Of a stretch of 32,357 bases of DNA, positions 22,081-32,357 are shown piece after piece. Position 1 is the stretch's first letter; every line of letters starts with the position of its first letter. This DNA comes from Raillietiella orientalis. Taxonomy: Eukaryota. The translations under genes and the position numbers were made by a program. Under the pieces are notes generated by a model. The model made no database searches. It was given only the letters and a program-made list of their open reading frames with translations, and had not been told where the DNA came from. The DNA lies in the NCBI GenBank assembly GCA_036172245.1, contig JAYWIR010000073.1:372001-404357 (forward strand), read 5' to 3'.

Positions 22081-23069
22081 AAGGAAGGGGAAATGCCATA
22101 AATGAGCATTGGGAAAGCATGGGAAGAACATGGGAATCTCGTGGTTGTGCATGACTGCTGCGATACCGGAGAAATGTTTTGCTTGTAGTTGCACGAGGTG
22201 ACAAGCGTCCAGCTGTCCCGAAACTGGAAATGGCCATGAGGAGAATCGGCTGTGTATTCTGGCGGCCAGCACAGCCACTGCGATTCCGCGTCTTTGGCTG
22301 CACGGTTATGAATGCTGCGGCCATACGCTAATCGTTCACTCGGAAGAAAAGCTCGTCGACGGTTCTTCTACAGTGCAATGCGATAGAAAGCACGCAAATG
22401 TCCGAGCACGGAGAGGAGGGAAGGGCCATCAGTTCACCACTGCAGAGGTTGAGCAGGCCCGCCCGCATGGTGACAGCCTGTGACCTCGCGTGCCAGGAAT
22501 AGACGCGATGGACAAGTGGACCGTCGCCCATCCGCCGATGAGTGTGTACGGCAATGCCAATCTCTACGGCTCGTCGACTGGCCGGTTTACTCGCTCCCCC
22601 GTTGGGGTCGAGAGTAAGGTGGTAGCGTTGAGCAGTTGCACCTTTTCGGCTTCTTTATAAGAACTGTGGCTGGCTAATGATGAAGGCGGTGCCCTTGCAA
22701 GTGGACGGCCATTAGGAGATGCGTCTTCCCTTTACCAAGGTAGCCATCTACCCAGGAGACAAACTGGCCGCCGAGTGCACCCTGCAGCGACTGCTCGTGA
22801 GCGCCGAGTTGAACCCGCATGGCGGGTGCATGCCAGAGGATCTGGTGTGTCGTCGCTGAATCGCATTGCAGGGCCAGTTTTCGGAAATTGGGCTGCAATT
22901 CGATTGCCTGTAAGATCAGGCACCAGCAGAAGAGACAGGAAGACGGACCGTCGAGTTGAGCATCGGATTTCACGGAGCCTTGATGTTGCTTCCTTACCTC
23001 ATTGGAGGGTGCTGGAAGGCAAGTCTGCATGTTCGTCCTTGCCCAACAGCGGACAGGGCTCGCTTGCCG

Positions 23070-24280
23070 TGTGCCGCACATTTTTGCTTTCTTTCACGCT
23101 TTTTCTTTTTGTTTGTTCCTCCGCTTCCGAGGCGAACGTGGCCGGCGTGCGTGCCGTTGACTGGCCAGGCTGCGAGCGTTTGCGGACGATGTAGGGCCGA
23201 CGGCCGTACCCATCGTTGTTTGTTATTTTTTATAGTGAACGTCCGGGCGTGCCGTCCACCAGCGCGCTCGTCCAGGAGATTGGCCTGCAATGCCGCGGGG
23301 GGACAACCAGCCGATGAGGAAACTTTCCATCAGCTGTCGCCTGCTTCGTGGGTGGACTGCCAAGCCGCACGGACGACTCGCGTTCCGAGTGGATGTTTGC
23401 TTCGCTTTCGCTGACCAACTCAAAGACCATTGAAACAGACAATGATCGGAATCCCGTAGATGGAGTTGGTCATCCCGGAGACGGAAATGAGAAAATGAGA
23501 AATGGTGAGCCCCCGGTTCCACAGGTGGGAGTGCGAGTTCTGGTCATTCTTTGTGGGGGCCGGACGTCTGACGGCCTTTTCGCGTCCTTCAGTCAGACTG
23601 AGTGCAACGAATACTCAGCTATACTGAATTCTGCGGCACGATCCAACTACCATGTGATCGATTTTTCTTCTCGAGTCAGAACAAGAGTCATAACGAATTC
23701 GGGCAGAGGTTGGGTGACGGTCAGAAGGTGAATTGAGGGTCGGTCGAATTTGTGCTGTCATGAAAACGCTTTGTATGGAGACATCATCCTTCGTCCGGCA
23801 ACCTCTTTTCGAACACCCAAAGGTTGTTAATGAGGCTGAGTTTCCATGATCGTGACGTTCTGAACGGCAGGTTGCAGTGCAGGTTTGTGAATGCGCACAA
23901 AATGGTAAATGGTGCCCAGAGTACAGCTCCCCTTTCTAGTTGTGTCTCCCTACAATCGAAGTTTGCTTAACACATGGAGAACACACTTTCTTTGCTACCA
24001 CGCCGCTTGATGTTTGCGATCTTTGTGTTCCGACAAAATGGCTACGTTGTGGGAGAGCATTTCGAAAAGGACTACATGGGCTGGTTCAGTGGACATGGGA
24101 AATGCAGCGAGAGCCGTCCGAATGTTGAAAATCATGCACTCTGACGTCTTTGCTTATACATTCAGCAGCTGGTACACTTTAAAAGAATTCGCAATCCAAT
24201 GGAAAAGGTCAAAGGCGCGACCTCTGAGTATTGGTGGCCATATTTCGTGTGCAGATGGGATTTTCTAGTTAATGATTTCA
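23070..24280 (-). repeat. Right arm of diverged inverted repeat (partner 12820-14450), with unique insert ~23690-24190
   Basis: Reverse-complement similarity to the left arm, highest over 23220-23420 vs 14134-14335. Confidence 0.85.
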
Positions 24281-24699
24281 ACCGATTCGACTCTGACTGA
24301 AGGAACGAGTCCCAGCGATAGGTGGCAGAGAAACTCCCGTTTTGCTTGTTTCCGCTTGTACTGTGACTGGTAGTTTTTTCTGTGTAGTGTCTTCCGGATA
24401 GCGTGTGTATAAACGGAAGAGAAAAAACCTTACTCATGACGACCACTTGAATATACGCATGGACAATCATGCTTCGATAGGGAATTCAAGACAGAGACTG
24501 AAATTGACGTGTCTGAAGATGAGTGAGGTCAGCTGTGAAAGTTTGTTCCAAACGTTTGGTCACAAGGTCACAAGTATGATTTCCTAATGGGACACAAATT
24601 ATCTAACATTCCCTGCGTTTGTCAATATTCCCGTAGGAGACGTCGAATTCACAGGGCCGATGACTTTCACGTAAACTCAAGTTGTCGCTGGCACCAATG

Positions 24700-25300
24700 A
24701 AGAAGAAGGTCACGGCAATGTAATTGGTAAGGAGCGCACTTGCCAATTGCTTGTGGAAGCGGGCTGCCACAAGGGCACCGTGGAATGGGCTTCACTTCCC
24801 TATCAGCTTGCGCACTTTCTGACCGTCGTTCTTACTTCGAAGAGCGTGATAAAGCGCGACTCCTTCATGAAATGCAGAGGGCAACTTCCGTGAACTCGAG
24901 GGACTGTTGGAGAGTTGGCAAAAAGGGGAGGCATGGAAATGCAATGAGAACTATGGAAGACGAGTGCACGTGGCGAGCTATGGGAATTGACATCGGTGTT
25001 ACGGGAATCCAAATCACTCATGCTGTTCTCTAGGAACATAGCATTGGCCTCAGTGTCCCCTTATTTCGGATAAAGAAAGCAGAAAGGTGCGATTACAAAT
25101 CGTGGTCGGCCATGGCAACGTTATTCTCAGATGATGCGGACGGAGAGTGAAAAAGTCAACAGAGAACAGGAATGGCAATTCCATCCCAATTAGCCACGCG
25201 AAGATCAAAGGCTTTCGACGACCACGCATTGGGCGTCCACATTGCTTGATGGCTAAGTTTGGAAAGAAGACCGTGAGCCAGTAACCCACCTATACTGGCA
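24700..25300 (+). mobile_element. Decayed hAT (Buster/Charlie, ZBED5-like) transposase fragment
   Basis: QLAHFLTVV..IKRDSF (cf. LAQLLVFVRY..IKEDFLF), ECTWRAMG..GV (cf. CTDGAxAMxG..GV), ITHAVL/ALAS (cf. THCxxHRxALAS), IVVGHGNVI (cf. VVKIVNFI) and TTHWAS (cf. VRWLS) are colinear, with many disablements. Confidence 0.5.
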
Positions 25301-25540
25301 GACCGCCTGCCTCTGTCCGCCTTCCCCACATCCTGGCTATGGAGGCAACCTGCAATCCTTCTGCATGGTGGCTGTACGACGCGCGTTGCTTTGGAGGCTC
25401 ACTCGTCGGAGATTGAGTACGGCAGGTTAGCATTGGGGAAGCGCAAACGAATTCTTCCCTCCTGCAGCACATCGCACTCCACTGCGGTCACAAACCGTGG
25501 GGTCTTACAACTCTCCCAGGAAGCTTCGTGTGTATGTGCG

Positions 25541-25567
25541 GCATGCATGCATGCTTGCATGCATGCA
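25541..25567. repeat. (GCAT)n tetranucleotide microsatellite
   Basis: gcatgcatgcatgcttgcatgcatgca seen directly. Confidence 0.8.
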
Positions 25568-25605
25568 GAGAGTTCCCACCAGGCTATCCATCTTTAGCAG
25601 CATGT

Positions 25606-25874
25606 CAGCCTGGACGCAAGGGCAAGTTTTCGAAATTCGAACCTCGAATCTGTAATGGAGGATGCAAGTGTGAAATTTTGGATTCCATTTGCACAATGAA
25701 GAGGAATCCTGAATGGCAATGCTGAAAAATGGTGAGCTGAAAAGGAGGAAATTTTTTTGGGGTGGATGTGCGATGGAGATGCTGATTTTAAAAGTAGGAT
25801 GGTGATGAGTGACAGTAATTCTATAGCAGATGGGATACAGGCTGAAAAGCAGAATCATGGACTCGTTCTTGGTC
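25606..25874 (-). repeat. Inverted ~270-bp copy of 28335-28604 (= 10070-10340) at the duplication breakpoint
   Basis: The reverse complement reads gaccaagaacgagtccatgattctgcttttcagcc..cttgcccttgcgtcca. Mirror ORF text MILLFSL.PICYRITVTHH appears in 25505-26083 (-) and in 28351 and 10086 (+). Confidence 0.93.
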
Positions 25875-26123
25875 ACTCCTTGGTTCTTGGTTCTCGTAAC
25901 TCCTCGGGTTGAGCTTTGCCCAGGTGCCAGCAGTCTCCCCCAACCAGGCGGAGGAGTTGTGGAGTGAGAGCACTCATCGGACAGGGTCGTCGCCCGAGCA
26001 TTGCTTTCGATGCTTAAAGTGGAGGCGAGGCGGAAGAGGGAAGCCAAGCAGACCACCGAGCTCTCATGCTCGAACGTCGCCAACCCGGACGCCCCACTGG
26101 CACAATCGCACGACGGCTCCTTT

Positions 26124-26470
26124 ATGTCAGCAAGTGGAAAGGCACAAAAGAAGGTGATGCCTGAAAACCATCGCGAAAAGAGACCTGAAGAAGAGGCGGA
26201 AGGCGAACGACAGTTATGGGATCCACATGCGCAAAGAGCTGAGGCACGTGCACTCGATCACGAGTTTCTCTGGCAGCGCTGTGTCCACTATGAGCAGCTT
26301 CGTGAACGATGTCTTCGATCGCATCGCTGTACAAGCGCCCCGCTTGTCCCAATACACGCGACCATCACCAGCCAGGATGTGTAGAGAGCAGTGCGCCTAC
26401 TGCTACCGGGCGAGTGGGCCAAGCGGTCCGTTTCGGAAGACACGAAAGCCGTGACACCAGCTCCAAATGA
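26124..26470 (+). pseudogene. H2B: Histone H2B pseudogene (duplicate of 7849-8199)
   Basis: SSFVNDVFDRIA, AVRLLLPGE and DTKAVT..TSSK*, with the same internal stop and core frameshifts. Confidence 0.9.
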
Positions 26471-28494
26471 ACACCTTCCAATGGCCGTCGCCCGATGAGC
26501 TTGCTCTGAGAAAACAAAAACCTGCCTTTTGGAATGGGAAAGATTTTATTTCCATCTTCCCCGGGGACACCTCCCCCTTGGTGCCCCAGGGGGTACACAG
26601 ACAGCGGCTATTGCAGCACGCCTATCGCCGAGTATTCCCTGACAAGAGCCAGAGGACGCTTCGCATCCGCGTTCCAATAAAAGAACCGAATTTGTCAGTG
26701 TATGTCTCGAGGAATATTAATCGATCCATTTTGCGTTGGAATGTTTTGATGCGCATTGATAGTTTGCAATGGCAGCAGCAAATTCTGGTGTTCCGCAAGT
26801 GGTGAGAGTACCAAAATATTTCATAACCTACGGATATCTGGGGACACGATTCAAATTTCGTTCCGATTTTCGTATTTCAAATCTATGGCTGCTTCAGAGG
26901 TTCCGGAAGAGCTTTAGGTAGGAATACAGTGGAGAACTACACCATTCAAGCATTCTTGGAAGAAGGTCTGAAACTGCTAAACTACTCTTCACACCCTAAC
27001 GTTTATCCGCGCTCCAGGATGAGAAATGATTTTTACAGTTGATTTCAAGCATGATTTAGGACAGATGCAGGAGTCCACGCTCTTCATTCCTCAGCCCACA
27101 CGTGGCTCCATCATCCGAATTGGCCCCATGCTTCCTACGGTCTTTACCTTGTTTTCAGAAGGATCGACAACTTTTTCCAGGAAGAAGATGTACCCTTCAG
27201 GTGTGCAAAGTGGCTGTTCAACAAATTGTGATTTGGAAAACGGATCTGCAAGCTGAGAACAGTTCTAAGTGCTGCAGAAGAGTTCAGCTGCCAAAAGAGT
27301 ATCCACTCCAAAACCTACCTGTACCATCCTGTTGTTTCTTCAGAATGTTAAGATCCAGTTTCCAGATACCCAAATCGAACATCAATTCTACTCATTACCG
27401 AAGCTAATACATGAGGTTGCATAGGGTGAGCAGGAGGAATGGAAACAAGAACATGATATTGCTCATCCAGCCTTTCAGCGTTGAGCTAGCCATGAAGGCT
27501 CTTACTCTCCTGCAGGGATTAAATGACTTTCCATCTTCGAGGAAGACTTCCAACGGGGATATAGAAATGAATACCACGGGAAACATGGATGCTATCTGGA
27601 TAACACCTGCAAGGGGGATGTTAGATGAACGATGTGATCCCTTGTATAGTACACTTGTACGTTTTCATCACTTTTGCCTCAAATCAAGAGGTATTCTACC
27701 ATGCCAGGTAAAAATCCCTTGTTGAGTGGTTATTGTATTTTGCAAATAGATCAGAGGAATGATGGCAGCCATAATAGCAGTGGGCCAAAGGAGAATCACA
27801 CTTCAGGATTTGCATGAACTTTTGCATGAACCTAGCCCACAAACTTGGAACAAGTGCGCACTTGAACATGCTCCATCTGAGGGACTGCATCTTGTCTCAC
27901 AGGACTACGGTTCCTCCATTCCTTGCTCGCTGTCATCCTGTGATGATGCAGCAAAAATAAAGTCTCCTTGCACCTCTCGCTTGCACCTACTCAAGAAGCA
28001 ACATCGCTCCAAAAGGAACCAGGCTCCTTCTTGAAAGGTCTATTTCAATGGAATGGAAAAAATCAAAGTGGGTTTGTTCGTGCTTGTACCCTACCTGCTT
28101 TTCTTCAGCCTAGCAGGAAATGAAATCAAAGGAGAAAGCAGGCGATTGTGATTGTGTTGTGATTGTATCCTCCACTGGATTGAGTTGCCAAACGAGGAAC
28201 AAGAATTCGCACACACACGTACCCTTGCAACAGAAGAAGAAACGCATTTCCATTGGCAGCAATCGGTTTTTTTTTTTTTTTTTTTCAGGTATCTTTCTAT
28301 TTTGTCAGTTTCTTTCGATTGTTCTTTGATGCTCGACCAAGAACGAGTCCATGATTCTGCTTTTCAGCCTGTTTCCCATCTGCTATAGAATTACTGTCAC
28401 TCATCACCATCCTACTTTTAAAATCAGCATCTCCATCGCACATCCACCCCAAAAAAATTTCCTCCTTTTCAGCTCACCATTTTTCAGCATTGCC

Positions 28495-29120
28495 ATTCAG
28501 GATTCCTCTTCATTGTGCAAATGGAATCCAAATATTTCACACTTGCATCCTTCATTACAGATTCCACGTTCGAATTTCGAAAACTTGCCCTTGCGTCCAA
28601 GCTGTGCGACACCTTGGTACACTCCCGTACGAATGCTCGCCCAGTACACAAGCGGTTGCAACTTCGGTCATCGCGACCGACGTTTGGCTGCCAACTTCGT
28701 CCAAGGGTTTCCTTCATTCAACGATATGGCTGCATGTCCACCTTCCCCGAAAACGGAACAAGCTGTCTGCAAGAGTTCCTTTTCGAGTACAACAAAATCG
28801 ACGCCACGAGCGAGTACAGAACACATCTGCCTACGAAACAGCACATGCAGCTGTACGCCGCTGACGGAAAGCGTGAAGAAGACCGGGAATGTGCACTGGA
28901 CAACGTCCAACCCTCTTGGTCCGTTGCTGCCCACCCTGAGATGAACAATGAACAGGCAACTTGCAGGGGTGTGGGAAGCCACGTGTACAACACAAAATCA
29001 AAACAAACAGATGGACCACGCGTTCCTCGACGAACGGCGGCTTTCCCGAATGGATGAGAAGGATGGCGTGCCGTCCATGTTCACCGACCAAACAGGGCTG
29101 GAATGGGAGCTTCTTCCGTA
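28495..29120 (+). mobile_element. Decayed hAT transposase fragment (duplicate of 10230-10870)
   Basis: SVIATDVW..SKGFLHST, LQEFLFE, ALDNVQ and GSHVYN. Confidence 0.55.
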
Positions 29121-29589
29121 AGGCAAGGAATCTCGATTGCAAGTCCGAAGGATTCAGGACGACAGATCAAGCCCTCGGGTGGCCGCAAAACGCCTTCGCC
29201 AGCACCTCCGGGGCTTCGTCCTTCATGAGCTTGCGAACTGAGACCATCCGAAAAGAGCGGTCTGCGAGTTTGCTGCCCGTTCTTCTTGCACCTGCTGCCG
29301 CGGCTTCCGGGAAGGTGTGGCCAACCGCAGAGCGCTTCTGCAGACTCGCACCCCTTTTTCCACATTCCCGGATGACTGGCACCTCACGGAGTATGATACG
29401 AGGGCCGAGCGTTCGGTCTGGCAGTCTGCAGCAGCTGGTCTGTTGGACGATGAGGACCAGGGACGCTCGACCGCCACCGATGTTTCTCAAACGGATTTCC
29501 CCGTGCACGTCTCATGAAAAAATCTCGTACTCCATTCATGATAACATCGGTTCCTCATCAAACATGATTCGGGAGACCGGTACTTGGCA

Positions 29590-29650
29590 GTCGGCCAAGC
29601 GCGTCGTTCGAACACACGAATGCAGTGACCAAGTGCACGGGCTCAGGAAA
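29590..29650 (+). pseudogene. H2B: Histone H2B C-terminal fragment (duplicate of 11338-11400)
   Basis: SAKRVV/AVTKCTGS, followed by the same hairpin block at 29740-29775. Confidence 0.65.
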
Positions 29651-29723
29651 CTTCCATTTTGCTTTGGCGGCCGCCCCTTCCAAGTGCCCGGAAAAAACAA
29701 GAACCAACCTTTTCGGAAGAGAA

Positions 29724-31010
29724 ATTTTTTATTTACACCTTCCCCTGGGACACCTCCCCCTTGGTGCCCCAGGGGGTCCCCAGACAGCGGCTATAGCAGC
29801 ACGCCTATCGCCTCACCGGGCCTCGTCTCCTGGAAAAGAACAGACTTTGTGAAATAAGCGGTGGCGTCGGAGACTCACGTGACCGGTCGAGAGGCATGCG
29901 CTCCCGACTCCAGCCGTCCTCTGCCCCCGACAGAGCACGGCGGGCAGCCTCTTCCTTCCTGCTGCCCTCGTTCTTATCAGTCGGTTCTGCGCAGGCTCTC
30001 TTGACTGCGCTCCAGATCTGAAAATAAAACGGCATCATTACAGGGAAGGGGGAGCAAGAAAAGCCGCCAAGGGGGGTGCGAAAGAGCACACCCTAAGGTG
30101 GGCTGCTGCCCTGCGCTAGGCAGTCGGAAGGCGCCCGCAACCAACTGCCAGGGCGAAGGCGGCCGCGCACCGGCTCCACTCTCCTCTTCCCGAAATCCAG
30201 GCTGCGGCCGCCCTTTCCAGACCCCACATCAAAATCTTCCGTCCGTTCTTTGCGCCCGTTTCTTCTTGCTGATAGGCGAAAGGCGCGCTTGCTGTCCGGC
30301 GTGTGCTTGGTTTCTGCTTTGAATATCGTAACTGAGGAAACCATCGATGAAGAAATTCTGCAGTGTAACCGAGGAGACCATTAATGAAGAAATTCAGCTG
30401 TGCCTTCGGTGCCGCGTCGAAGGGCATCTTCTTCTCCCTTACAGAACAATCAGTAGCTCATGGAGCACTTCGGATCGCTGCGAAAAGAGTCAGCAACGAC
30501 CGCCACCTGTGGCCACTCCCTGCCAGTAACTGGAAACACGCCCTCGTTTCTCCGACACACGTGACAGGTCGAGAGGGATGCGATCCCGACCCAAGCCTTT
30601 CTCTGCCCCCCCCCGACAGAGCATGGCGGGCATCCTTTTCCGTTGTGCTGCCCTCGTTCTTAGGAGTCGGTGCTGCGCATGCTCGCTTGACAGCGCTCCA
30701 GATCTGCAAATAAAACGGCATCAGCACAGGGGCAGCAGAGAAAAACCGCCAAGGGAGGTGTGAAGAGCACACCCGAAGAGGGTGGGCTGCACCCCTGCGA
30801 GTATGCAGTCGGAAGGCGCCCGCAACCAGCTGCCGGGGCAGAGAGCGGCCGCGCACCGGCTCCACGCACCTCTTCACGGTAGATCCAGGCTGCAGCCGCC
30901 GCTGCTCCCAGACCCCACATCAATATCTTGCTGGTTCTTCCTTCTTTGCGAAAGGCGCGCCTGCAGTCCAGACTGTGTTTGCTTTCTCCTTTGAATATCG
31001 TAACTGAGCA
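29724..31010 (-). mobile_element. Duplicate of the putative non-LTR 3' part with tandem units (11472-12760)
   Basis: Part of the segmental duplication; same tandem units and 3' hairpin block. Confidence 0.45.
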
Positions 31011-31296
31011 AACGAATCCCGAGTGTTCCCTGACAACCACCAGAGGACGCTTCGCATCCGGGTTGCAATCAAAAATGAAATCGTTGGCTAGAAAATGCCA
31101 GCTACATACGAAATATGGCCATCAATACTGAGAGGTCGCGCCCTTGACCTTTTCCATTTGACCTTCTTCTGACTCGAGAAGAAAGATCGATCACACGGTA
31201 GTGGGATGGTGCAGTAGTCGGACTGAAGGACGCGAAAAGACCAGACCTAGGACTACCACCTGTGGGGCGGAGGCTCTCCATCCGCGTCCTCACGAA

Positions 31297-32315
31297 TTGG
31301 GAATTCTGGACGGAAGTTCTGCAGTCCCTAGGGGATTGTGTCTTCCGGGGAATGGGAACCCTACTGAAAGAAAGCTACGGCGACCATGGCTGGGCAGAAA
31401 TGCTCGCTTGACACTCTTCATCGCCCGAGCCGATCAATGCGGAGGGCGTTGCCGCCGAATTGGGAAGGTGCATGCCACCCGGACCCGAAGCGCCAGCCGC
31501 AGGATCACCTTCCCAGCACCTTCCCATACACTGGCCACCTACAATCAACTTGTCGTTGCTATATGAAACGTCGACGGGCCTGGCGACGTCCGCAAGAGAC
31601 GACACACCATTCCCTCCCTGCTAGCCGTCGACCTGGTGCTCTTCAAGGAGAACCACCAGTGCTTGGCCCAACATACGAAAGTTATCGAAAGCCTGGAGAA
31701 CGGTCAGCAGTTTACCATTTGGTCGCGAAGAAGGGATCATTCTGGAAAAGAAAAGAAACAAAGTTCACGGGCGAAAGGACGTTGGATTGGAAACATGCCG
31801 ACGCGCAAGTGGGAAACATCGAAACTTCCGAACGAGAGAGAAGGGACCACTGATGACTTTCTAAGAGATATGGGAAGCGATAGAAGACAAGAGACCGTGG
31901 TTTCTGAAGTTTCATCTTAGCAGACTGCCGGAAACGTTTGAGTTTGCTGGTATGCGACTAACAACGCTTGCCCTTGGGGCAGGCAGCGTTGCGGCAAAGG
32001 GCGAGTGCACTTGTCCCTGGTTCTCAAACATCACCGCACCATGGAACCGAAGTTCGAAGAGCTACCACTCACTCCTCGTGATCGCTCGCGGTTCCTACTA
32101 CCACCCGTTGTGCTGTTTTTGATGTCAGTATATGCAGGACTGAGCTTCCGGAAGCGGGCAGGCTCCCCTCGGCGGAAAGTGCTTGCGCGTGCGGCAGCAA
32201 CGGACTCTCTCCTTTGCTTGCGCATGGACATCGTCCGTTGCTGGTGCAGCGCCGCAAGAGCAACGCGCGGGAGCACAGCACGCAATCGTCCATAACTCGA
32301 CACAAAGCCCCACAA
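31297..32315 (+). mobile_element. Duplicate of Gypsy integrase-tail relic (13045-14060)
   Basis: ORFs 31201, 31386 and 31636 are essentially identical to 12949, 13134 and 13384. Confidence 0.55.
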
Positions 32316-32357
32316 TCCGGAAGTCCAGTTGCGTCCCGATCATGGCCTGCGTCCACT

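Larger units (their letters stand above)
25894..32357 (+). repeat. Segmental duplication copy 2 (of 7619-14103), continues past window end
   Basis: Near-identical to copy 1 through the last base of the window. It begins inside the L1/Tx1 relic, so this is the derived copy. Confidence 0.97.

Noticed and set aside
28961..29857. 298-aa plus-strand ORF
   Set aside because: It crosses unrelated relics (hAT, gag-like, H2B tail) and is broken in the paralogous copy at 10707-11580.

Overview
Eukaryotic (invertebrate animal) genomic DNA. The ~50-bp introns and hAT relics would fit a clade-I nematode such as Trichuris, but that is inference only. The window is a transposon and pseudogene graveyard with one apparently functional gene: a six-exon aldo-keto reductase (AKR1-type, 317 aa, + strand, 17223-21075) whose intron 2 starts with GA instead of GT. 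Bases 1-7845 are nested, decayed L1/Tx1-type non-LTR retrotransposon pieces in both orientations. A younger 5'-truncated copy (15258-16663, -) with a perfect 17-bp target-site duplication splits a probable DCAF7/WDR68 pseudogene. Also present are histone H2B relics, two kinds of hAT transposase relic, a Gypsy integrase tail and a diverged inverted repeat pair. A near-identical direct segmental duplication (7619-14103 = 25894-32357, running off the window) has an inverted templated fragment at its junction. The most intriguing pattern is that the same retroelement-like 3' end sits at the same position just downstream of two diverged H2B 3' ends, with different lengths and a shared far flank, hinting at a histone-3'-end-targeting element. 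All homology calls are by eye from manual translation; no searches were run.
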